Shown here piece by piece: positions 39,680-47,422 of a stretch of 61,513 bases of DNA. The stretch spans positions 1 through 61,513 of the forward strand of contig CBFGTB010000002.1 in the NCBI GenBank assembly GCA_965651715.1, in the 5' to 3' direction. The stretch comes from an uncultured Gemmatimonadales bacterium. Its GTDB lineage: Bacteria; Gemmatimonadota; Gemmatimonadetes; Gemmatimonadales; GWC2-71-9. The translations under genes were made by a program, and so were the position numbers. Position 1 is the stretch's first letter. Every line of letters starts with the position of its first letter. A model generated the notes under the pieces. The model saw nothing but the letters and a program-made list of their open reading frames with translations, made no database searches and was not told the origin of the DNA.

Positions 39680-40519
39680 ATGACTCCTTTGGGCACCCTC
39701 TACGTCGTCGCCACCCCGCTTGGTAACCTGGGCGATCTGTCGCAGCGCGCCACCGAGCTGCTCCGCCGGGTGCCGGTGGTGGTGGCCGAAGACACCCGTC
39801 ATTCCCGCCGGCTGCTGAGTGCCATCGCGGCCCACCCCGCGGAACTTGTCTCGTTCCATGCCCATTCCGACCCGGGCCGCATCGCGGCTCTGGTGGAGCG
39901 GCTGCAGGCCGGACAGGACCTGGCACTGATCACCGATGCCGGCACGCCCGGGGTGAGCGATCCCGGTCCGCTGCTGGTGGCCGCAGCCCACGCTGCCGCC
40001 GTCCCGGTGGTGCCGATCCCCGGCCCGAGTGCTGTGGCGACGGCCCTGATGGCGGCGGGCCTGCCTGCCGATCGCTACCTCTTTCTGGGGTTTCTCGCCC
40101 GCAAGGGTCCCGAACGGCGGCGCCAGTTGGCCGAGGTGGCCAGCTCGCCCTGGACCGTGGTGCTCTACGAGGCCCCGTCCCGGGTGGCGACCCTGCTGGC
40201 CGATCTGCTGGTGGCGGTCGGACCCACCCGCACGGCGGTGATCGGCCGTGAGCTGACCAAACTGCACGAGGAGTTCCGGGTCGGTCCGCTCAGCGACCTC
40301 GCCGCCGCGTGGCCGGCCGAGGCACCGCGGGGCGAAGTCACCCTGGTCGTGGCCGGGCGGGCGGAGCGCTCGGACGCCGCCGTCGACCCCGACGAGGTAC
40401 GGCGCATGATCGCGACCCGGTTGGCCGCTGGTGAATCCCGCCGGGAGGTGGTGCGTCTGATCACTGCGGAGTTCGGTCTCGCGCGCAACGAAGCCTATGC
40501 CCTGGTCATGGATGCCTGA
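39680..40519 (+). CDS. rsmI: 16S rRNA (cytidine1402-2'-O)-methyltransferase
   Basis: LYVVATPLGNLGDLSQRA, EDTRHS, TDAGTPGVSDPG. Confidence 0.93.
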   Translation: MTPLGTLYVVATPLGNLGDLSQRATELLRRVPVVVAEDTRHSRRLLSAIAAHPAELVSFHAHSDPGRIAALVERLQAGQDLALITDAGTPGVSDPGPLLVAAAHAAAVPVVPIPGPSAVATALMAAGLPADRYLFLGFLARKGPERRRQLAEVASSPWTVVLYEAPSRVATLLADLLVAVGPTRTAVIGRELTKLHEEFRVGPLSDLAAAWPAEAPRGEVTLVVAGRAERSDAAVDPDEVRRMIATRLAAGESRREVVRLITAEFGLARNEAYALVMDA

Positions 40520-41185
40520 ATGAGGCTGCGTACAGCGATGGTGGCGATGGTGCTGCTCCTCGGCGGTGCCGGCGTGCTCCCGGCACAGGCACCGACCATC
40601 GGACGGCTGCACTACGATGGTGGCGGCGACTGGTATGCCAATCCGTCGTCGCTGCCCAATCTGCTGAGCGCCATCCGGGAGCGGACCGGGATCGCCGTGG
40701 CGCCGCGCGAACGGGTCGTGACGCTCGATGACCCGGCGCTGTGGAGCCTGCCCTATCTCTACATCACCGGCCACGGCAACATCCACTGGAGCGCGACCGA
40801 TCTGACGACGCTGCGGCGGTGGATACTGCGGGGTGGCTTTCTGCATGTCGACGACAACTACGGCCTCGATTCCTCGTTCCGCGAGGAAGTGGCGCGGCTG
40901 TTTCCCGATCATCAGTTGGTCGAGGTGCCGCTGGAGCATCCGATCTACCATCTGATCTACGACTTCCCCGAGGGTCTGCCCAAGATTCATGAGCACGACG
41001 GCAAGCCGGCTCGGGGCTTCGGGGTGTTCATCGACGGCCGTCTGGCGATCTACTACAGCTTCGACAGCGATCTCGGTGACGGCTGGGAGGATCCCGAGGT
41101 CCACCACGATTCCCCCGAGCATCGCGAAGCGGCACTGCGCATGGGAGTCAATCTGTTCGCCTACGCCATGGGGTTTGTCGGATGA
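40520..41185 (+). CDS. DUF4159-like secreted protein
   Basis: Signal peptide. The motif HYDGGGDWYANPSSLPNL is as I recall for DUF4159. About 220 aa. The ATG directly abuts the rsmI stop (TGAATG). Confidence 0.6.
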   Translation: MRLRTAMVAMVLLLGGAGVLPAQAPTIGRLHYDGGGDWYANPSSLPNLLSAIRERTGIAVAPRERVVTLDDPALWSLPYLYITGHGNIHWSATDLTTLRRWILRGGFLHVDDNYGLDSSFREEVARLFPDHQLVEVPLEHPIYHLIYDFPEGLPKIHEHDGKPARGFGVFIDGRLAIYYSFDSDLGDGWEDPEVHHDSPEHREAALRMGVNLFAYAMGFVG

Positions 41186-44100
41186 CGTTGTCTGACGCGC
41201 TGATGGCAGTGGCGACTCCGCTGCGACGGCTGGCCGGCTGGCTGGCGGCTATGCCGTGGCTGGTGGCGGCGATCGCCGGCCTGACCGTGGCGGCGTGGCT
41301 GGGCCGTTGGGGGATCGGGGCGCGGGCGGGCTGGGCATCGGTGGCGTGGCTGCTGCTCGGCGTGGCGGTGGTGGTGGCTGTGATTCGCGCCGCCACGGCT
41401 CGGCGCCGGATGTCGCCGGTGGCGATTGCCGGGCGGTTGGAACGCGGGGGAGCCTGGCGACGCGGGGCGCTGACCACGCTGTTGACTCCGGTTGCTCCGG
41501 GAAGTTCGCAGGCGTTGCACGCTGCCGCCCACCAGGAGCAGGTCGAGCGGGTCCGTCGCGCCGGTGCCGACGCGCTGGCGGAGGAGGTCGGCGTGGGTCG
41601 TCGGCGGTTGCGGCGACAGACTGTGGCTCTGGTCGGCGTGGCGCTGGGGTTGATCGCGGCGCGCCCCGTCACCGGCGGAGCCCTGATGTCGCCCTGGCAG
41701 GCCTGGCGCGCCCTTGTCGCACCGCTGCGGCTCACGACAACCACACCGATCGTGGAGCGGGGGGAGTCGGCGGTATTTCAGGTGACGGCGCTGGGCCAGA
41801 GCCGGGCGACATTGTTGACCCGCTCACCGGGCGAGGAGTGGCAGCAGCAGCAGGTCACCCTCGATGCCGCAGGGCATGCTACTGTGACCACCCCACCGTT
41901 GGCGGGTGACCTGATCGCCCGGCTCGAAGCCGCCGGCCGCCGCTCGGCCGATGTGGCAGTGACTGTGAGGCTGCCGGCATTCCTTGGCGAACTGAGTGTC
42001 AGGGCCGACTATCCCGATTATCTCGACCTCGCAGCAGAAGACCTGTCTGTCGGTGACACGCTGATCGTGCCCCTGGGAACTCGACTCGCGGTGTCAGGGC
42101 AGGCGACCGTGGCGTTGGCACGTGGCCACCTGGCGACGACCGGCGATACCGTCGCTCTCACCATCGACGGCTCGAATTTTTCGGCGACAATGACACCGCG
42201 CCGCGACGCGACATGGATGCTGAACCTGGTGACAGCCCAGCAGGGATCGGTCGATGGCGTTCCGGTGGCGCTGCCGGTGCGGGTGATCGCCGACAGCGCG
42301 CCCACTGTGGCCATCCCGGTTCCGGGCGTCGACACCGTCGCGCCGCCCTCGCGCCGGCTGCCGCTGGTCGTGGCGATTACCGACGATCACGGCATCAGCC
42401 AGGCGGCGCTGGAAATGCGCCGCGGCGCGGCAGCACCGATCGTTCAACAGCTCGATCTTGCCGGTGTCGCCGATCGAGCGCTGCTCAGCGTGACACTCGA
42501 ACTGGCCGCGACCGGAGCCGCGCCGGGCGATACTGTCAGCTATCGTGTCGTGGCGCGTGACAATGCGCCGGTCAGCGGAATCGGCAGCTCGCGTGAATTC
42601 CGGATTGTCATTCCGACAGCCGCCGATGAGCGCCGCAGCCAACGCGAGGCGACCCAAACGGCCGCGACCACGCTGGACAGCCTGGCCGAAGCCGCGCGCA
42701 GTGCCCAGCGGACCACTGAGGACCTGGCGCGGCAGCGTCAGCGCGGCGCTGACGGCGCGGAGGCAGGCGATGCGATGTCGGCCGAGGCTGCACGTCGAGC
42801 CGAACAGGCTGCCGATGCGCAGGAGGCGATGTCGGCGCAGATCGACAGCGTGCGGCGTCAGATCGACAGCCTCAGCCGGGCGCGCGCCGAGGCCGCGCCG
42901 GAGGACAGCAGCCTGGCCGCCGACATGGCGGAGATCCGCAGTCTGCTGGATCAGGCGATGAGCCCGGAGTTGCAGCAGGCCATGGAGCGTCTGCGCGAAT
43001 CGCTGCAGCAACTCGACGCCGAAGGCACGCGCGCCGCGTTGAGTGATTTGGCCGCGCAGCAGCAGAAGATGCGCGATGCGATTGCGCGGGCACGTGATCT
43101 GTTCAGCCGGGCCGCGCTGGAAACGCTGCTGGCCGATCTGGCGACCGAGGCCGATGAACTGGCCGAGGCGCAGCAGCGCGCGCGCGAACAACTCGCCAGC
43201 GATGCGGCGGCGGGTGCGCAGGCGGAGTCGGCGCTGGCGGATCGGAGCGATTCGTTGGCGCAGCAGCTCGACGCGGCCGCGGAGCAGAGCGAGATCGAGC
43301 AGACGGCCGACGGGTTGCGGCAGGCGGCCGCTGCGGCGCAGCGGGCCAGCGCCGCGATGCGCCAGGCGGCGGCCGCAGCGAGCGAGGGTGAGACGAGTGC
43401 CGCCGATCAGGCCGAACAGGCGAGCGAAGCCCTCGAGCCGCTGGGCGATCAGATTCGACAGCAGCGCGAGACGATGCAGCAGCAGATGCGGGCCGACGTC
43501 CTTGCTGAACTGCAGCGGCTGCTGAACGAGACCACGCGGGTGTTGGCGCGGCAGCAGGCTGTGGCGACCGCCTTCCAGCGGGGCGCGCTGGTGGGTGCGC
43601 TGCGGACCGAGGAGGCGATGCTGGAGGAGGCCACCTCCAAGCTGCTGCAGCAGGTCATCACCGTGGCCGGTAAGAATGCCTTGATTTCGCCGCGCGCCAG
43701 CGTGGCCCTCGCCGGCGCACGCGATGCGGTGCGCGGGACGCTTGAGGCCGCGTCGGCGGCCACGCCCACTCTGGCACTGGCCGCCGATCGCGCCACCGAG
43801 GCTGTCGATCTGCTATCGCTGGCGGCCTACTCGCTGTTGCAGTCGTCGCGCAACGTCGAGGGCTCCCAGTCCGGCAGCGGCCTGAGTGAGGCGATGGAGC
43901 AGATGATGCAGGCCGCCGGTCAGCAGAACGCCGCCGCCGAAAAGGGCCAGGCGATGCAGCAACAGGGGGCGATGCCGGGGGCGGGGGAATTGCTGCAGTT
44001 GGCGATGCAGCAGCGCGCCGTGGCGCAGCAACTCGATCGCTTGCGCGCCGAAGGGCAGCTTCCGGGTGCGGGCGAACTGGCCCGCGAGACACATCAGGTG

Positions 44101-44400
44101 GCACGCCAGATCGAGGCGGGACAACTCACCGCCGAAACCGTACAGCGACAGCAGACGCTGTTCCGTCGGATGCTCGATGCGGGCCGGTCGCTTGAGGGTG
44201 ATCAGGACAAGGAGTCGTCGGAGCGGCAGAGTGAGGAGGCCGGCGCGCTGCCGGCGGCCCGACCGGCGGCCCTCGATCCGCGGGTGCTCCGCGGGGCGGA
44301 GTTCCCGGTTCCGGGATGGGATGAGCTGCAGCGGTTGTCGGCGGCCGATCGGCGTCGGGTGCTCGACTATTTCCGTCGCCTGGCCGAGGCGCCGCGATGA
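41182..44400 (+). CDS. 1072-aa membrane-anchored protein with a long Ala/Gln/Glu-rich coiled-coil C-terminal half (DUF4175-like, tentative)
   Basis: Two N-terminal hydrophobic helices (WLVAAIAGLTVAAWL and WLLLGVAVVVAVI), a central beta-rich region, about 500 aa of heptad-like low complexity, and the tail ...RRVLDYFRRL. ATGA overlaps at both ends. Confidence 0.55.
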   Translation: MTLSDALMAVATPLRRLAGWLAAMPWLVAAIAGLTVAAWLGRWGIGARAGWASVAWLLLGVAVVVAVIRAATARRRMSPVAIAGRLERGGAWRRGALTTLLTPVAPGSSQALHAAAHQEQVERVRRAGADALAEEVGVGRRRLRRQTVALVGVALGLIAARPVTGGALMSPWQAWRALVAPLRLTTTTPIVERGESAVFQVTALGQSRATLLTRSPGEEWQQQQVTLDAAGHATVTTPPLAGDLIARLEAAGRRSADVAVTVRLPAFLGELSVRADYPDYLDLAAEDLSVGDTLIVPLGTRLAVSGQATVALARGHLATTGDTVALTIDGSNFSATMTPRRDATWMLNLVTAQQGSVDGVPVALPVRVIADSAPTVAIPVPGVDTVAPPSRRLPLVVAITDDHGISQAALEMRRGAAAPIVQQLDLAGVADRALLSVTLELAATGAAPGDTVSYRVVARDNAPVSGIGSSREFRIVIPTAADERRSQREATQTAATTLDSLAEAARSAQRTTEDLARQRQRGADGAEAGDAMSAEAARRAEQAADAQEAMSAQIDSVRRQIDSLSRARAEAAPEDSSLAADMAEIRSLLDQAMSPELQQAMERLRESLQQLDAEGTRAALSDLAAQQQKMRDAIARARDLFSRAALETLLADLATEADELAEAQQRAREQLASDAAAGAQAESALADRSDSLAQQLDAAAEQSEIEQTADGLRQAAAAAQRASAAMRQAAAAASEGETSAADQAEQASEALEPLGDQIRQQRETMQQQMRADVLAELQRLLNETTRVLARQQAVATAFQRGALVGALRTEEAMLEEATSKLLQQVITVAGKNALISPRASVALAGARDAVRGTLEAASAATPTLALAADRATEAVDLLSLAAYSLLQSSRNVEGSQSGSGLSEAMEQMMQAAGQQNAAAEKGQAMQQQGAMPGAGELLQLAMQQRAVAQQLDRLRAEGQLPGAGELARETHQVARQIEAGQLTAETVQRQQTLFRRMLDAGRSLEGDQDKESSERQSEEAGALPAARPAALDPRVLRGAEFPVPGWDELQRLSAADRRRVLDYFRRLAEAPR

Positions 44401-46151
44401 GGGGCCGCGCCGTGATCGCCGTGATGGCCCTGTCGCTGGTGCTGCCCATGGGGCTCGGTGCCCAACAGCGGGGTCTGACCGTGGGTACCCTGGCCGTGGC
44501 GCTCAGTGCCGAACGCCGCGGGGATCTGCCCCGCGCGGCCGAGGGATTCTTCAGCCTCCTGGCTGAGCAACCGGGTGAACAGCAGGCGGTCCTCGGGTTG
44601 TCGCGGGTGTTACCGTCGCTCGATCGTCGGGCTGAGCTGATGGCACCGTTGGCTGTCGCGATTGACCATGACTCCACCAACACCCGCCTGCTGTCTCTGG
44701 CGGTGCGCAATTGGGCGCTGCTGGGTAATGTCGATTCGGCGGCGGCGTATACCGTCAGGTGGGCGTCATTGGTGCCGGGCGAAGAGGAGCCCTTCCGCGA
44801 GTGGGCCCTGGCCGCGCTCGAGGTGCGCGACCGCGCGGCGGCGCATCGGGCGCTCGAAACCGGGCGGCAGCAGATCGCGCATCCGGCGGCGCTGGCTCCC
44901 GAAATGGCGCAGTTGTACCAGGCCGAGGGGAACCTGGCCGCGGCGGCACAGGAATGGTTGCGGGCGGTGATCAACGCCCCGACCTATCGCGCCTCGGCCG
45001 TGCTGCTGTTGGGAGCCGCTCTGCCGGCGCAGCACCAGGCCGTGCTGAGTTCCCTTGCCGACTCCGACGAGGACGAGGCGCGGCGCCTGAGTGGCTTGCT
45101 CCGGATTGTCTGGGGCGATCTCGATGCCGGCATGACGGAGTTGAGCCAGGTCGTCCCCGGTTCGGTCGAGGCCACGACCGTCATGATGCAGGTGGTGCTC
45201 GACCAGTTGCGCAACCGTCGCGATACGCCGGCCCTCAAGGCCCGCGCCCGCGCCTACGAAATTCTGGCCTCGCGGCAGTCCGGCGCGGCGCGGGTCACCT
45301 CGTGGGCGGCGGCGGCGCGCGCCTGGGCCGATGCCGGCGATGAGACCCAGGCCCGCGCCCTGCTGGCCCAGGTGGCCGGTGACGCAGCCGCGCCCGAGCA
45401 GGTGGCTGTCACTGCCGGCCATACCTTGCTCGGCGTCGTTCTGGCCGAAGGCAACGTCGCGGCTGCCGATTCGATGTTTCGTGACCTGGCGCCGCGATTG
45501 ACACTCGACCAACGCGACGACGATCGGCGACGTGTCGCATTTGCCTGGGCGCTGCGGAACGAGTTCGCTCGAGCTGAGCAGTTGATGACAACCGACTCCT
45601 CGATCGCCGGGTTCGATCTGCGGGGACGGATCCATGCCCTGGCCGGCGATCTGGGTGTGGCGGCCGAATGGTTGCGTCTGGCGGGGCCCTACGGTGACGA
45701 CCGCGCCCGAGTGGTGGAACGGGTCCGGCTGCTGACCTTGATCACGGCCATCGACCGCGACACGCTGCCGCAGTTTGGTGAGGCGCTCGGCGCGTTGCAC
45801 CGCGGTGATACCACCGCGGCCGTCACGCTGTTTACCGCCGTCGCGGATTCGGTGGCGCCGGCCGGAGGAGCGGCGCTGCGACTGTTCGCCGGCGATCTGG
45901 CATTGGCTCAGGGCGACTCCACCCGCGCGCTTGACCTGGCGGTGGCCGCCGACGACGATTCGGCGGCGGCGAGCGCGCCTGCCGCACGCCTGCTCCAGGC
46001 GCGAATCCTTGCGGCACGGAACGACAGCGCCGAGGCGATGCGAATGCTTGAAAGCCTGATTCTCGACTTTCCCGACAGCGCCGTGGTGCCCGAAGCGCGA
46101 CGGATGCGCGACTTGTTGCGCGGCGCACTTCCGCCGGCGGCGCAGCAATGA
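44397..46151 (+). CDS. Secreted TPR-like repeat protein
   Basis: Signal peptide VMALSLVLPMGLGAQ and helical Ala/Leu-rich repeats throughout. ATGA overlaps at both ends. Confidence 0.55.
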   Translation: MRGRAVIAVMALSLVLPMGLGAQQRGLTVGTLAVALSAERRGDLPRAAEGFFSLLAEQPGEQQAVLGLSRVLPSLDRRAELMAPLAVAIDHDSTNTRLLSLAVRNWALLGNVDSAAAYTVRWASLVPGEEEPFREWALAALEVRDRAAAHRALETGRQQIAHPAALAPEMAQLYQAEGNLAAAAQEWLRAVINAPTYRASAVLLLGAALPAQHQAVLSSLADSDEDEARRLSGLLRIVWGDLDAGMTELSQVVPGSVEATTVMMQVVLDQLRNRRDTPALKARARAYEILASRQSGAARVTSWAAAARAWADAGDETQARALLAQVAGDAAAPEQVAVTAGHTLLGVVLAEGNVAAADSMFRDLAPRLTLDQRDDDRRRVAFAWALRNEFARAEQLMTTDSSIAGFDLRGRIHALAGDLGVAAEWLRLAGPYGDDRARVVERVRLLTLITAIDRDTLPQFGEALGALHRGDTTAAVTLFTAVADSVAPAGGAALRLFAGDLALAQGDSTRALDLAVAADDDSAAASAPAARLLQARILAARNDSAEAMRMLESLILDFPDSAVVPEARRMRDLLRGALPPAAQQ

Positions 46152-47422
46152 TCTCGCGCCGCGGATTTCTCGAAGTGGGCGCGGCGACGCTGTTGCTGCC
46201 CCGGCGATGGCAGCGGACCCGTGCGGCGTCGCTGCTGGTCCCGATGGATGACGCGCAGCAGGAGCACCTCAAGGCCTACGGCCTGGCCTTCCGCGCACTC
46301 GAACAGGGTGACAGCAGCGAGTGGCTGCTCAATTACCGCGGTGGCAGCTTCGTGGTTCCCGCGTCGGCCGCCGTCGTGCGTGACGCCGCCCTGGCCGGGA
46401 TCACCACGGAGTCCGTCTCGCCGGCTGATCTGGCGGCGATTCACGCCAGCATCGCCAGTCGCAATGCCGACGTCGTCCCGCTCGAAAAGGCGCCCCGAGT
46501 GGCGGTGTATGCACCTCCCAATGCGGCTCCCTGGGACGATGCCGTGACGATGGCGCTCGAGTATGCCGGGATCAGCTATGATCGGGTGTGGGACATCGAG
46601 GTGGTCGCCGGGCGCCTGCCCGAGTGGGATTGGCTCCATCTGCATCACGAGGATTTCACCGGACAGTTCAGCAAGTTCGTCATTACCAACGCCGGGGCGC
46701 CCTGGTTGCAGCAGATGATCGAGCTGAATCAGCAGACCGCGGCGCGATTGGGCTTTGCCCATGTCCCGGCGCTCAAGCGAGCGGTGGCCGGCCGGATTGC
46801 CGACTTCGTGGAGCAGGGCGGCTTCCTGTTCGCGATGTGCACCGCCACCGAGACGCTGGATCTCGCCCTGGCAAGTGCCGCCACCGACATTGCTGCCGCG
46901 TATGCCGATGGGACGCCGATGGATCCGGTGGCGGGATCGCGGATGGATTGGAGCCGCAGCTTCGCCTTCACCGGCGCGGTGCTGGAGCAGTCACCCGCGC
47001 TGGCGGTGTTCTCCGACATCGATGGCCATCAGGTCAACGGCCTGGCGCGGCAACCGCTGGGAGCGTTCACGCTATTCAACTTTGCGGCGAAGATCGATCC
47101 GGTGCCGGCCATGCTGGTGCAGAATCACCGCAACGTCCTGCCCGACTTCTATGGCCTGACCACCTCGTTCATGCGGAACCGGATCAAGCCGGGAGTCACC
47201 ATCCTGGGCGATGAACATGGTGCGCCGTGGGCTAAGTACATTCACGGCGACCGGGGGGCGGGCACCTGGACCTTTTATGGGGGGCATGACCCGGAGGACC
47301 CCCAGCACGGCATCGGCGATGCGCCGACCGATCTGTCGCTCTATCCCCATTCGCCGGGCTATCGCCTGATTCTCAACAACGTGCTGTTTCCGGCCGCCAA
47401 GAAAAAGGAACTCAAGACCTGA
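46148..47422 (+). CDS. Tat-exported protein with a class I glutamine-amidotransferase-like fold (family often mis-annotated as 'asparagine synthetase B', from memory)
   Basis: Twin-arginine motif SRRGFLEVGAATLLLP at 46154. LNYRGGSF, WLHLHHEDFTGQ, and C-terminus YGGHDPEDPQH...SPGYRLILNNVLFPAAKK. Confidence 0.5.
   Translation: MISRRGFLEVGAATLLLPRRWQRTRAASLLVPMDDAQQEHLKAYGLAFRALEQGDSSEWLLNYRGGSFVVPASAAVVRDAALAGITTESVSPADLAAIHASIASRNADVVPLEKAPRVAVYAPPNAAPWDDAVTMALEYAGISYDRVWDIEVVAGRLPEWDWLHLHHEDFTGQFSKFVITNAGAPWLQQMIELNQQTAARLGFAHVPALKRAVAGRIADFVEQGGFLFAMCTATETLDLALASAATDIAAAYADGTPMDPVAGSRMDWSRSFAFTGAVLEQSPALAVFSDIDGHQVNGLARQPLGAFTLFNFAAKIDPVPAMLVQNHRNVLPDFYGLTTSFMRNRIKPGVTILGDEHGAPWAKYIHGDRGAGTWTFYGGHDPEDPQHGIGDAPTDLSLYPHSPGYRLILNNVLFPAAKKKELKT

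Noticed and set aside
38377-41122. Two long minus-strand ORFs (38377..39696, 439 aa; 39539..41122, 527 aa) spanning the mce, trxA, rsmI and DUF4159 region.
   Set aside because: They are antisense or out of frame to genes with clear motifs (WCGPC thioredoxin, RsmI). Their translations are Arg/Pro/Gly-rich nonsense, and they cross a strong intrinsic terminator.
42900-44400. The Ala/Gln/Glu-rich coiled coil of the 1072-aa protein looked superficially like an SMC or a chemoreceptor signalling domain.
   Set aside because: It has no Walker or signature motifs, no HAMP domain and no conserved MCP hairpin tip motif. It is better described simply as low-complexity coiled coil.
44766-46148. A 460-aa minus-strand ORF opposite the TPR gene. 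Similar cases are 4504..5544, 10825..12312, 48310..49494 and 56948..58117.
   Set aside because: These are the same GC-driven artefact. The plus-strand (or annotated) partners have signal peptides, ATGA coupling or catalytic motifs. ORF 56948..58117 also runs through a tRNA-Ser gene.
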